Origin: Candidatus Marinacidobacterales bacterium
GTDB lineage: Bacteria > Acidobacteriota > Vicinamibacteria > Marinacidobacterales > DATDRI01
Reading direction: 5' to 3'
Length of the DNA stretch: 64,000 bases
NCBI GenBank assembly: GCA_965226495.1
Contig: OZ245365.1
Coordinates: 2,880,001-2,944,000 of the forward strand
Below, piece after piece: positions 41,033-50,519 of this stretch. Made by a program: the position numbers and the translations under genes. How positions within the stretch are numbered: position 1 is the stretch's first letter; every line of letters begins with the position of its first letter. The notes under the pieces are model-generated. The model was not told the origin of the DNA. It searched no databases and worked only from the letters and a program-made list of their open reading frames with translations.

Positions 41033-41668
41033 ATGAAAGGAATGGTCGTTATCGCTCTAGCGCTCGCCTCTCTCCAAGCCATCCAACCCACCTATCTGCC
41101 CGCGAGTTACCGCAGTGGCGAGATACCCGTGCAGCCTCCTCAAGTACCGGGGGGTGGCCAGGTACTCCTGGAGCTGACGGTAGGAAACGATGGCAAAGTA
41201 CTCAAAGGACACACGCTCAGATCGACGCCGCCGTTCACAGAGCTCCTGGTAGACGCGGTTCGGCTCTGGAAATTCCAACCCGCCGAAGACCGAGGCGACG
41301 AGGTCGAATCCGGGGTATTGGTAGCTGCCTTGTTCCGTCCTCCAACGTTAGTGAGCCCTGCCGCGGGGGAGCCAACCAAGGACGTCACACCACCATCCAA
41401 CTCGATTCCGATGCCCTACACGATGGTGCAACCCGACTATCCGCCGGGAGCAGTCGCAGACGGTGTGGTGCTCGTTGAAACCATCGTGGAGCGCGATGGT
41501 ACCGTCGAAGCGGCTCGTGTCTTGCGGTCGGCGGCGGCCTTCGACCAGGCAGCTACCGACGCTGTGCTCCAGTGGAAATTCCGCCCCGCCCGTCGGGACG
41601 GGCAACCCGTGCCCTCGTTCGCCTATATCATCTTCGGATTTCGGCAACCGGTGACACCGTCGAAATAA
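41033..41668 (+). CDS. TonB-family protein with two TonB C-terminal domains
   Basis: DAVRLWKFQPA and PDYP...FDQAATDAVLQWKFRPARRDGQPV. Confidence 0.85.
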   Translation: MKGMVVIALALASLQAIQPTYLPASYRSGEIPVQPPQVPGGGQVLLELTVGNDGKVLKGHTLRSTPPFTELLVDAVRLWKFQPAEDRGDEVESGVLVAALFRPPTLVSPAAGEPTKDVTPPSNSIPMPYTMVQPDYPPGAVADGVVLVETIVERDGTVEAARVLRSAAAFDQAATDAVLQWKFRPARRDGQPVPSFAYIIFGFRQPVTPSK

Positions 41669-41671
41669 TCT

Positions 41672-41862
41672 GCTCAGTGCGCGCTCACTCTTCGTTCGCG
41701 CGCTCGGCGCCTCGCTCCTCGCTCGGCTACCCGTCGTCGGCCCACTCGGGCCGGGCTCGCTCCTTCGTGAGTGCGGCGGGGCCCCACCCCCACCGCCGTC
41801 CCTTCGCCGGCAAGCGGCTTCGGGACAGCTGATGGCTCCGCGCGCTGGGTGCCGTGAACTCA
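41672..41862. repeat. Dispersed REP/MITE-like repeat, longer copy between convergent genes
   Basis: Shares about 100 bp with 33029-33135; multiple GC-rich hairpins. Confidence 0.85.
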
Positions 41863-41872
41863 CTAGCACCTG

Positions 41873-43009
41873 CTAGAGCGTTTCGATAAGACGCGCGAGC
41901 AACGCCGTGCGGCGGGGCAACTCGTCGATCAAGAGGTGCTCGTTACGGGCATGGGCTCCGTCGCCGACTGCCCCCAACCCATCTAGAGTGGGGACCCCTA
42001 GTCCGGCAGTGATATTCCCGTCCGAGCCGCCCCCCGCCGAGCCCTCTTCGAGCTCGAAACCGATCTCTTCCGCCAGCGAGCGGGCTTTTTGATAAAGAGC
42101 GACGACGGCCGGCGACCGCTCAAGGGGAAGCCGGTCTATTCGCCCCTTCACATCGAGCTCCGCTCCCTCCAGAAACGGACGCACGTTCAAAACCCTTTCT
42201 TCCATCTCCCGAGCATCCGCCACCGTCGATACCCGCACATCAATCTCGGCATCGGCGTCGCCGGCGATGACGTTGCTACGCGTTCCGCCTCGGACCAATC
42301 CGACGTTGACGGAGATTCCCCGGTCGAGGTCGGTCAGCTCGTGGAGAGAACGAATCTGGCGAGCCAACTCCTCGATAGCACTCAGCCCCTTCTCTGGATC
42401 CAGTCCGGCGTGAGCTTCACGCCCTTTCACGTGGAGCCGAAAGATGCCGCCACCTTTGCGAAACGTCTTGAGCTTACCGTTAGGAGGAAGCGATGGCTCG
42501 AGCACGAGTGCAACACGGCTGCGGCGGGCTTCCTCTTCTATATAGGGGCGCGAGCTCAGGCTTCCGACCTCTTCGTCCGAGTTCACCAGGGCGGTGACTC
42601 CGGTAGCGGCTCGCCCCGCCTCGGAGAGAGCCCGTAAAGCAAAGACCAATTGAACCAGCCCGCCCTTCATGTCGAACGTTCCCGGTCCGTGGGCAATACC
42701 GTCCTCGATACGAAACGGGAGCTCCCGAAGAGTACCCAACTCCCAAACCGTGTCCAGGTGGCCGAGGAGCAAAATCTGTCCCTCGGGTGCCGAATCACCT
42801 AGAGTGGCTCGCAGATGGTTTCCGAAACGCTCGTCCGGAAGTTCCGACACCTTTGCCCCGGAGGCCTCGAGCTCCTCCGCAAACACCTTCCCCACCGCGT
42901 CGACCGATTGCTTGTCGGTGCTGGGAGATTCCATTTCTACCAACCGCTTCAACAGCGCTAGCATGGAATCGCGCTGACTCTCTAACCACGGCAGAAGTTC
43001 GCTCGACAT
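41873..43009 (-). CDS. M20 family metallopeptidase (glutamate carboxypeptidase-like)
   Basis: LLGHLDTVW, GPGTFDMKGG, SDEEVGS, GREAHAG, GGGSDGN, LDGLG..GDGAH. Confidence 0.92.
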   Translation of the reverse strand: MSSELLPWLESQRDSMLALLKRLVEMESPSTDKQSVDAVGKVFAEELEASGAKVSELPDERFGNHLRATLGDSAPEGQILLLGHLDTVWELGTLRELPFRIEDGIAHGPGTFDMKGGLVQLVFALRALSEAGRAATGVTALVNSDEEVGSLSSRPYIEEEARRSRVALVLEPSLPPNGKLKTFRKGGGIFRLHVKGREAHAGLDPEKGLSAIEELARQIRSLHELTDLDRGISVNVGLVRGGTRSNVIAGDADAEIDVRVSTVADAREMEERVLNVRPFLEGAELDVKGRIDRLPLERSPAVVALYQKARSLAEEIGFELEEGSAGGGSDGNITAGLGVPTLDGLGAVGDGAHARNEHLLIDELPRRTALLARLIETL

Positions 43010-43082
43010 AGTTTTTACTCGGGAGGCAATGCTAGCAGAGAGAAGGCTGGTGGAAAAGCGCTTGGCCGGGAGGACTCGCCCA

Positions 43083-43790
43083 CTAGAGACGGATGGTGAA
43101 ACGGTTTCCCTGGAACTCGAGCTCGACGGCCCGGTCGAGAATCTTGATGACTCGCGCCCCTTCGATGATATCTCCCTCGAAGACCCGCTGGTAATTGACG
43201 ACGGCAACCGGCTTGCCGTCGATCACGGAAGTTCCCTGTAGAGCGAGCGGCCGGAGGTCGACAGGTGGTTTCTCCTGCTCGGCTTCAGGGTTGGGTGGGC
43301 TAGATCGTTCTGTGGCGCCGCGGCCGACGAGCTTTACAGGAGGAACCAGCTCGGCAAGCACGTCGGCCTCCACCAGCCCCGCCTCGGGGAGTGTCCCGGG
43401 TTCTATCACTCCGGTCGAACTGGCCTCGACAGTCAAAACCTCACGCGAGGACTTCTTCGGAGCGAGTCTCCGTTTATCGGCCTTATCGGGGCTGCCAGCG
43501 TCATCCGTGCCATTACTGATGGACGCGGGAGTTTCCCCGGGAGAAGACTCCACGGGTTGCGGCTCGCTGGCACCGGCGGCCGCCTCGCGCGTTTCCAGCT
43601 GGAACGATCGGAAAAGCGCAACCGAGGCTAGACCGAAGGTCACGATCGCGAGAACCAGAATGGCTCCCCACCCCCAACTGCCCGCCCATCGCGACTCGCC
43701 CCAGACTCGACCACCTTGCATGACGATACCTTCTTCGGCGACGTCGCTCTTTCGATCGACCTTTTTGAGGGCATCTAGTATGAAGCTCAT
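43083..43790 (-). CDS. exeB: GspB/ExeB-like type II secretion accessory protein
   Basis: MSFILDALKK N-terminus, one TM helix, C-terminal domain AVVN..VFEGD.IEG; directly downstream of exeA. Confidence 0.8.
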   Translation of the reverse strand: MSFILDALKKVDRKSDVAEEGIVMQGGRVWGESRWAGSWGWGAILVLAIVTFGLASVALFRSFQLETREAAAGASEPQPVESSPGETPASISNGTDDAGSPDKADKRRLAPKKSSREVLTVEASSTGVIEPGTLPEAGLVEADVLAELVPPVKLVGRGATERSSPPNPEAEQEKPPVDLRPLALQGTSVIDGKPVAVVNYQRVFEGDIIEGARVIKILDRAVELEFQGNRFTIRL

Positions 43791-43794
43791 AACT

Positions 43795-45390
43795 CTAGAA
43801 TAGACGCGGCACCGGGTATCGACCCGAGCGGCTATAAAGAGCCATACGGGTCTTGGGACCCACGATTCGATCGGGAACGAGGTAGTTGGAACTTTGGAAA
43901 CGCCCCACTGCCGCCCGGAGCGTGGGCGGCAGATCTGATTCCACAGTCAGGTAACCAAGCTTTTGGAGACTCTCGTTGACCCACGCGGTATCGGTGAACG
44001 ACGCCCCTTCGAACTCTTTCCAAAAAACGAAGGCCTTCCGCACCCAGAAGCGGTTCAGGAGCGACACCGGGATACGCACCGAGTCGTCGGGAGCGAAGGA
44101 AAGGACCGCGGTATCTCCCTCCAAGGCGGTCAGAGCGGCGTAGACCGTATCTTCGCGAGAGGTATGAAAAAGCTCCACCACCACCGGCAAGTTGAGCCGT
44201 CGTATCTGTTCGAAGTGGGTGGTGAGCTCGGTGCCTTGGAGTCCACCTCGGCTCGCAATAGCCGGAAGATCTTCGTCTGGCGACAAGGCGTCGGCTCCGT
44301 CGACTGGGGCATCCCACAAATCGAGCAACACTGCCGCGGCTCCCCTTCGAGTGAGAGGGCGCGAAAGCGTGCCGATGCGCCGATCGAAATCCCTCTCCGA
44401 GAGTCCTCCCGCCGTGGGGCCGGCCTCACTTTCGCTCATGTCGGCGGCTTCGACCAACTCCTTAGCCCCAGGAAGAAACGCCACGTCCCCTCGCAAAAGA
44501 TTCAACCCGACCGCCCCCAACACAATGGCCACCAAAGCGGCCCCTCGAAGGCTCCATGAGTGATACCAGCGCCTCCCCGCCAAATGTACGAGGTCGAGCT
44601 CGCCGATCGCCCGTTTCACAAGGGCAGCGTCTATTTCCCTTCGGCTAAGGACGAAACATGCCAGAAGCACTCGATCGCATAGCAGGTTGATTAATCGAGG
44701 AAGCCCTTTGGAAAACCGATGAATGCTGCGAAGCGCTCCCGGCGTAAAGGAAACTTTTCCCACGCCTCCCGCCACATAGAGACGATGACGGATGTACTCG
44801 ATGGTCTCGTCTCTATTCATCGGGTTGAGGTGATAGCGAGCGGTCACGCGCTGCGCGAGCTGTCGGAGGTTCTTTCGCGAGAGCAGGGTGTTGAGCTCGG
44901 ACTGCCCGATCAAAACGATCTGAATAAGCTTTTCCGTCGTCGTCTCCAGATTGGAGATCAGACGGATCTGTTCCAGCACCTCAGGCGAAAGATTTTGGGC
45001 CTCGTCGATGACCAAAACGATGTTCTTGTCGGCCTCCCTCGCCTCCAAAAGGAACCGGTGGAGCGCGTCGACCAGATCCTTGGCCTCCTCTCCGTTGGGT
45101 GTAATTCCCAAGTCGTCATTGATGGAGCGCAAAAGCTCGAGGGCACCTAGCGCCGGGTAGAGAATGAAAGCGCTTAACGTGTTCTCGTCGAGCCCATCCA
45201 GGAAGTAGCGACAGAGAGTGGTCTTGCCAGTCCCGACCTCGCCGGTGACCACAACGAACCCGCCCCGCTGTTTGAGCCCAAAGTCTAGATGGGCGAACGC
45301 TTCGCTGTGTTTTGCCGAAAGGTAGAGAAAACGAGGGTCAGGAGTCAGGTTGAAGGGTTTTTCTCGAAACCCGAAGAAGCCTTCGTACAT
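43795..45390 (-). CDS. exeA: ExeA/GspA AAA ATPase with C-terminal peptidoglycan-binding domain
   Basis: MYEGFFGFREKPF, TGEVGTGKTT, IDEAQNL, LRQLAQR, GLPRLIN, AVGRFQ...DRIVGPKT. Confidence 0.92.
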   Translation of the reverse strand: MYEGFFGFREKPFNLTPDPRFLYLSAKHSEAFAHLDFGLKQRGGFVVVTGEVGTGKTTLCRYFLDGLDENTLSAFILYPALGALELLRSINDDLGITPNGEEAKDLVDALHRFLLEAREADKNIVLVIDEAQNLSPEVLEQIRLISNLETTTEKLIQIVLIGQSELNTLLSRKNLRQLAQRVTARYHLNPMNRDETIEYIRHRLYVAGGVGKVSFTPGALRSIHRFSKGLPRLINLLCDRVLLACFVLSRREIDAALVKRAIGELDLVHLAGRRWYHSWSLRGAALVAIVLGAVGLNLLRGDVAFLPGAKELVEAADMSESEAGPTAGGLSERDFDRRIGTLSRPLTRRGAAAVLLDLWDAPVDGADALSPDEDLPAIASRGGLQGTELTTHFEQIRRLNLPVVVELFHTSREDTVYAALTALEGDTAVLSFAPDDSVRIPVSLLNRFWVRKAFVFWKEFEGASFTDTAWVNESLQKLGYLTVESDLPPTLRAAVGRFQSSNYLVPDRIVGPKTRMALYSRSGRYPVPRLF

Positions 45391-45428
45391 TGTAGTTGAC
45401 TCAGCAATATATCATGGGAGTCTAGGCA

Positions 45429-46202
45429 TTAGCACGAGGCCCTTACCAGCATCGCCCGCAGCCCGCAGCCGACCGCTGCCTCGAGGATCTCCACGTCCGG
45501 AAATCGATGGCTAGATATGACTGCGACCCGCGGGACTCCCGCCACTGGTCCTTTTGGCCCATCCTGCTCATCTGGGTCCGCTGCGGCATGAAAATGGAGC
45601 GCGAAACGGTAACAGGGAAAGGCGATGGGAACGGATGGTGACGGCGTCCCGCCCAGCAACAGTTGCGTTTCGGGCAGAGGCGTGAGGCCACCGCACACAG
45701 TGCAATAGTAGCGGGGATCGGGATGGGCAGGAGGTGAGCTCTCAAGAGGGTGCTCCTCCCCGCAGGGAGGACACACTTGGCGCGCGCCCTCCAAACCGTT
45801 CAGTCCGACCATCCTGAGCCTCTTGTAGCCTCGTACCTCTATTCTTTGTGTTTTGGCTGTCTTTGTGTTTTTGGCGGTCCCGACCCCAATGTCAGCCAGA
45901 GGCTCTCGCCCCGGCCGGCCGAGGTTGACATGGATCGCCTCCAACCCGTTGAGTTTTTCCGCACGCTCGCAAAACTCATCGAAGCTATCGGCCTCGAACG
46001 CTTGGCCTTCGCCGGGCGGCGGGTCGCCTGGTTTATCGGGCTCAGGTGGGTTCTCGCGCAGCGAGCCCCAGAAGGTTCCTCCCGTTTTGAGACCAAGCTC
46101 CAGGGTCCGATCCATTGCGTCGAGCAGTTGCGTCACTCGACCCGCCGAGGGCACGTAGTAGGCCTCTCTAGGGAACAGATAGAACAGAATCGGTTTCCTC
46201 AC
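45429..46202 (-). CDS. Hypothetical protein with CxxC...CxxC zinc ribbon
   Basis: Fills the gap between the serine hydrolase and exeA; CPPC and CTVC. GTG start is tentative. Confidence 0.6.
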   Translation of the reverse strand: MRKPILFYLFPREAYYVPSAGRVTQLLDAMDRTLELGLKTGGTFWGSLRENPPEPDKPGDPPPGEGQAFEADSFDEFCERAEKLNGLEAIHVNLGRPGREPLADIGVGTAKNTKTAKTQRIEVRGYKRLRMVGLNGLEGARQVCPPCGEEHPLESSPPAHPDPRYYCTVCGGLTPLPETQLLLGGTPSPSVPIAFPCYRFALHFHAAADPDEQDGPKGPVAGVPRVAVISSHRFPDVEILEAAVGCGLRAMLVRASC

Positions 46203-47232
46203 GGGCGGTTTCCGCCGCGTTGGGGGCTGTAAAAAGAAAATAATCGTAGGCATAGCGAGCGATGTTCGCGATAGCATTCTCCGCTTTGTCACGATCCTCG
46301 CAGCTCCGGCTGAGCACGGAGAGAATGACATGCCCTCGTCCTTGGGGGAGATAAATGATACCGACGTCGTCGACCGTGCCCCCGATAGTTCCCGTCTTGT
46401 GAGCCACCTCGACGGATTGGGGCAATAGGCCTCGGATTCGATTGACGCCCGTGTCGCACTTGAGCATGATGTCGACCATCCTTCTGCAAGACTCCGGGCT
46501 CGCGGCTTGGCCGAGGAAGATCTTTTCCAGCAAGAGATTCATTGCCGCCGGCGTGGCTGTATCTTGGATATCCGTCTCGAAGCGGGTGGCCGCCATCTCC
46601 AGCTCCCCGGGTTCCACCTGATAGTCATTGAGCTTCTTTTCGAGCTCTTCGTAGGTCAGACTATCCACATCCCACGCTTGGAACCCCATGTGATCCATAA
46701 TCAGCCGTTGGGTGCTCCGGCTTACGACTAATTCAGAGACCCCCAGTGAAGCGAGGCGCTGATTCACATTCTCGATCCCGACTCGCGCCAAGACGAGATC
46801 GGTGGCGCTGTTGTCGCTGATACGCATCATCAGGAACGCCAAGTTCTCCATCGAGAGAGAGACTCCCGGGACGATGAAGCGCTTGAGCTGGCCACTTCCC
46901 AGATGAAGGTCGAACCGGTCGAGCGACATCATTTCGTCCAGGCGAATCTTTCCCTCGTCCACCTGGTTGAAGAGCTCCACCAGAATCGCCACCTTGTAGG
47001 TGCTGGCCATCGGGTAGGACCGGTATCCGTTGACAACGAGCCATTCACCGGACTCGACGTGCTTGATGGCAACTCCCATGTCCCCCGACGAGCCGGCGAT
47101 GGCCTCTTCGACCGCCAGCCGCAGCCGATCGGTCCCGCCCTCACCGGCCACCGAGGTTTTGGCCAATAACAAGCAGAGGAAAAACGGCAATGCCCTCGTC
47201 AGCGTCTTCAAATGTACCCCCGGCGGAACCAA
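46168..47232 (-). CDS. Class A beta-lactamase-like serine hydrolase
   Basis: ASTYK (SxxK), SDN, HKTG, DTATP; signal peptide; omega-loop region atypical. Confidence 0.88.
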   Translation of the reverse strand: MVPPGVHLKTLTRALPFFLCLLLAKTSVAGEGGTDRLRLAVEEAIAGSSGDMGVAIKHVESGEWLVVNGYRSYPMASTYKVAILVELFNQVDEGKIRLDEMMSLDRFDLHLGSGQLKRFIVPGVSLSMENLAFLMMRISDNSATDLVLARVGIENVNQRLASLGVSELVVSRSTQRLIMDHMGFQAWDVDSLTYEELEKKLNDYQVEPGELEMAATRFETDIQDTATPAAMNLLLEKIFLGQAASPESCRRMVDIMLKCDTGVNRIRGLLPQSVEVAHKTGTIGGTVDDVGIIYLPQGRGHVILSVLSRSCEDRDKAENAIANIARYAYDYFLFTAPNAAETAREETDSVLSVP

Positions 47233-47329
47233 TGGGCTATGAATGGATAAACCATAGTAGGTCAGACCAATGGGCTAGCACAAGCCCCCGTGAGTCACGT
47301 CGCTGTGGAAAGACTCATAGGTGTAGAGC

Positions 47330-48729
47330 GGTCAAGTCTTAATTTTCCTGTCAAATCTCCGTACGGTTCCCCGCGCTCGGTTAAGCTGCTGATTCCTTCG
47401 ACGTGCCTTGCGGGAGAAGCTCGTTGCGAAGCTCCTCGACTTTCCTAGCGGCGAAGACATCCATCCTCACGCCGCGCCATTTGTTTGCGACGGCCAAGAG
47501 CACAGCGAACGAGAGTTTCATCGCGGCCTCCTCGGTGAAGAAGTGAGGAATGACCTTTGTGCGACGTTTGTGCTCTCCGAACGTGCGCTCAAGTAGATTC
47601 GACGTGCGAAGCCTTTTGTGATGCGCCGCAGGAAGGCGTAGCGCCTGAAGACACGCTTCGAGGGTCTCTTCCATGCACTTCATCGCGCTCGGGAATCGTT
47701 GACGGTACCGAGCGATCACCTCCCGACCCTTCTTCAGCCCTTGCTCGTAGCTGTTCGCATGGAACGACTCAAGGATGGCCGCCTTGAGTTCGTCGCGCAC
47801 TTCCTTCGGAGCCTTGCCCAGGATGTTCTCGAGGCGGTGCTTCTGGCAACGTTGCTTGAGGCTTCGAGGGAAGACCTCTGCGATCGCTTTGAGCACTCCA
47901 GGATTCCCGTCCGTCACGATGAGCAACGGCTCCCTCATTCCTCGGGCCACCATCTCCTGCAAGAACCCCTTCCAGTTCTCGTAGGATTCTCGGTTGCCGA
48001 CACCGATATGAAGAAGAACTCGCGTCCCATCAGCGCGATAGCCGGTCGCAACGAGGATGGGCTCTTTCCTCTCCGCTCCTTGGTGGTAGCGCAGGTACGT
48101 GCCGTCGAGCTCGAGATACAACAGCTTCTCGTTCGAGAGATCCCGTTTTCGAAACGCCTCGAAATCCTCCGACAGACACCGTGTGACCCGGCTCACCACC
48201 GACTTCGAGACACCCGTGCCGCTCAGCACGTCCGCGAACGTCGCCTCAATGTCACGCGTCGACATCCCGTGGACGTACATCCGCGCGATCAGTTCATCGA
48301 GTTTCTCGGTCCGGCTCACGTAGGCGTCGAGAATCTTTGACTGAAACACCTTCTCTGTTTCTCGTACCTGCGGCACTTGCACCGTTACCGCTCCCTCGCC
48401 CGTGAGGACCCGATGCGACTCATACCCGTTGCGTCGTCCCTTCTCCTTCGTCGTTGCCGGAGCGTTCTCATAGTAGTTTCGACCCAACGCCTCCGTCACC
48501 TCGCGCTCCAACGCATATTGAAGCATCATCTGAGCTCCCGACCGGACGATCTCCGAGAGATTCATCTCCCCAAATACCAGTTGTTCCTCGAACTGCTTGA
48601 GCAATCGCTGACTCGGTAGTACCTTTCCCATGATGTATGGTTCTCCTTTTCTGTCCCCATGACGGGGACGGGTTTGAGCTTGGGGAACCATACATCGTTT
48701 TTCTTTGACAGGAATCTTAAGACATCACC
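47330..48729 (-). mobile_element. IS256-family insertion sequence (1400 bp)
   Basis: 26-bp imperfect TIRs GGTCAAGTCTTAATTTTCCTGTCAAA (47330-47355) and the reverse complement of 48704-48729 match at 22/26; they enclose the transposase. No TSD visible. Confidence 0.92.
47381..48631 (-). CDS. IS256 (mutator) family transposase
   Basis: RNGY, MYVHGMSTRD, LELDG, IVTDG, QRCQKH, TSNLLER; AAGGAG RBS before ATG 48631. Confidence 0.95.
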   Translation of the reverse strand: MGKVLPSQRLLKQFEEQLVFGEMNLSEIVRSGAQMMLQYALEREVTEALGRNYYENAPATTKEKGRRNGYESHRVLTGEGAVTVQVPQVRETEKVFQSKILDAYVSRTEKLDELIARMYVHGMSTRDIEATFADVLSGTGVSKSVVSRVTRCLSEDFEAFRKRDLSNEKLLYLELDGTYLRYHQGAERKEPILVATGYRADGTRVLLHIGVGNRESYENWKGFLQEMVARGMREPLLIVTDGNPGVLKAIAEVFPRSLKQRCQKHRLENILGKAPKEVRDELKAAILESFHANSYEQGLKKGREVIARYRQRFPSAMKCMEETLEACLQALRLPAAHHKRLRTSNLLERTFGEHKRRTKVIPHFFTEEAAMKLSFAVLLAVANKWRGVRMDVFAARKVEELRNELLPQGTSKESAA

Positions 48730-48780
48730 TAAGATCCGAGGTAGCGTGCACCGTCACAAGAGGACTGATAAGGTGGTCGA

Positions 48781-49662
48781 ATGAAAGGACGCGGCGTGTG
48801 TCCAAAGCGACGATCGCGGCCAATATTCAAAGTCGGGGTCTGGGCCGCGTATTTCGTGACAACGTTCTTTGTGAGCTGCCAGGCCCCAGAAGCGGAACCG
48901 GTCCTGGGTGACCTCGAGAGCTCCCTCCAGCAAGGATTTGCAGAGGGAAAGCAAACATTCGACCATAGCGGCTGGAACGAGATACTCGGCCAGTACGCTA
49001 AAGAAGACGGTCGAAAATTCGACTACCAGGGCCTGAAAGCCGATGAGGTTAGACTAGACGAATACCTCACCGCCTTGGCCGAGGCGGAACTTCCCGCTTT
49101 TTCCAAACAAGAACTGCTTGCTCTCTTCATCAATGCGTACAATGCTTATACGGTCAAGACAATCCTCGACAATGTGTCAGCACAAGGCGAATACGAGGTC
49201 GAAAGCATCCGTGATATCCGCAACGTCTTCGACCGAGAGGAGCACGTAGTCGGTGGTTTCCGCCTGAGCCTCAACAACATCGAACACAACGTACTCCGGC
49301 CCTATTTCAGAGATCCCAGAGTCCATTTTGTCGTCAACTGCGCGTCCACTTCATGCCCCCCGCTTCCCGTAGTGGCGTTCACCGGCGAGGCGGTCGAAGA
49401 ACAGCTCGAAACGGAAACCCGAAGAGTCTTGTCTTCCCCAGACTTTATTCGCGTCGAAGAGGACCGGCTGCTCGTCACGAAGATCATGGATTGGTATGGC
49501 TCGGACTTCGTAAAGGAGGGCTACCTGGGCGCGGAGAGACATCTCTCCGACTACATCAAGAAGTACACTCGGGAGGATGTACGAGCATGGGTCACCTCTC
49601 AGGCATCGCCTCCCAAGCCGAAATTCATGAAGTACGATTGGTCGCTCAATCGAACCTCCTAA
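48781..49662 (+). CDS. DUF547-domain putative lipoprotein
   Basis: LALFINAYNA, LNNIEH, DPRVHFVVNCASTSCP, IMDWYGSDF, YDWSLN; lipobox-like FVSC. Confidence 0.88.
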   Translation: MKGRGVCPKRRSRPIFKVGVWAAYFVTTFFVSCQAPEAEPVLGDLESSLQQGFAEGKQTFDHSGWNEILGQYAKEDGRKFDYQGLKADEVRLDEYLTALAEAELPAFSKQELLALFINAYNAYTVKTILDNVSAQGEYEVESIRDIRNVFDREEHVVGGFRLSLNNIEHNVLRPYFRDPRVHFVVNCASTSCPPLPVVAFTGEAVEEQLETETRRVLSSPDFIRVEEDRLLVTKIMDWYGSDFVKEGYLGAERHLSDYIKKYTREDVRAWVTSQASPPKPKFMKYDWSLNRTS

Positions 49663-49744
49663 TCTGGCTTTCTTCCCCAGGCGGTCCTGCTGACCCCGAC
49701 GCTTGCCCCGCTCCGCCTCGCCGGACTAATATCACGCCCTTAAA

Positions 49745-50488
49745 ATGAAGAAGCCGTTCCGGGATGCCCTCGGTCGCATAGAACAAGAGCACTGGTGGTA
49801 CCGAGGCCGACAAGTCATCCTCGAACGCGCCATGGACCGGTTCGTCGGGAATCCAGAGCGCTCCCTTGCCATCGGAGTCGGCGCGAGCCGCGAAGCAGAA
49901 ATGCTCTCCAAGAGAACGCACCTGGTAGCGGTGGATCGTGAGGAAATCAATCGGCGGTCCGCCGAGGTGGCGATGGGCGTCCAGACCGACGCCGCGCTTC
50001 TCCCCTTTTCGGATGCCTCTTTCGATGCCGTGTTCATCTTCGATGTACTCGAGCATATCGATGGAGATGATGTCGTCGTCGAGGAAATTCGACGAGTGCT
50101 CCGGCCCGGCGGTGCGCTACTGATCACCGTCCCCGCGTTCATGTTCTTGTTCGGCCGCCAAGATCGAATGAGCGATCATAAACGCCGCTATCGCCGCCGG
50201 ACACTAGTGAAACTCGTGAGTGAACACGGCTTGGAGGTTCAGTACTGCACGTACTTCAATGCGTTGCTATTTCCTCCCATTGCGGCCGCCCGCGTGGCAC
50301 GCCGCTGGCTGCGGCTTCCCGATCGAAACGAGAAGACCGACTTCGACATGCGGCTCCCCGGTGTGGTCGAGCGCCTCTTGGAGCGCTTGCTGGCCCTCGA
50401 AAGCCACGCGATCGATCGCGTGTCGCTCCCTTTCGGAGTGTCGTTACTTTGCTCGGCCCGACGCTCGCCCGATCGGGCGCCGACGTAA
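49745..50488 (+). CDS. Class I SAM-dependent methyltransferase
   Basis: EQEHWWYRGR, LPFSDASFD, DVLEHI, LRPGG, TVPA, HKRRY; motif I degenerate (LAIGVGA). Confidence 0.85.
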   Translation: MKKPFRDALGRIEQEHWWYRGRQVILERAMDRFVGNPERSLAIGVGASREAEMLSKRTHLVAVDREEINRRSAEVAMGVQTDAALLPFSDASFDAVFIFDVLEHIDGDDVVVEEIRRVLRPGGALLITVPAFMFLFGRQDRMSDHKRRYRRRTLVKLVSEHGLEVQYCTYFNALLFPPIAAARVARRWLRLPDRNEKTDFDMRLPGVVERLLERLLALESHAIDRVSLPFGVSLLCSARRSPDRAPT

Positions 50489-50519
50489 CCCTAGTTCTCA
50501 GACGCTAAGCGTCGGAGTG

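Noticed and set aside
41873-43009. M20 peptidase as an F420 polyglutamate-trimming enzyme
   Set aside because: It is about 14 kb from the cofE-npdG pair, in a different gene cluster, and the family is ubiquitous.
46168-48729. IS-mobilised beta-lactam resistance gene
   Set aside because: There is only one IS, the protein lacks an evident Glu166, and it appears embedded in a native gene cluster.
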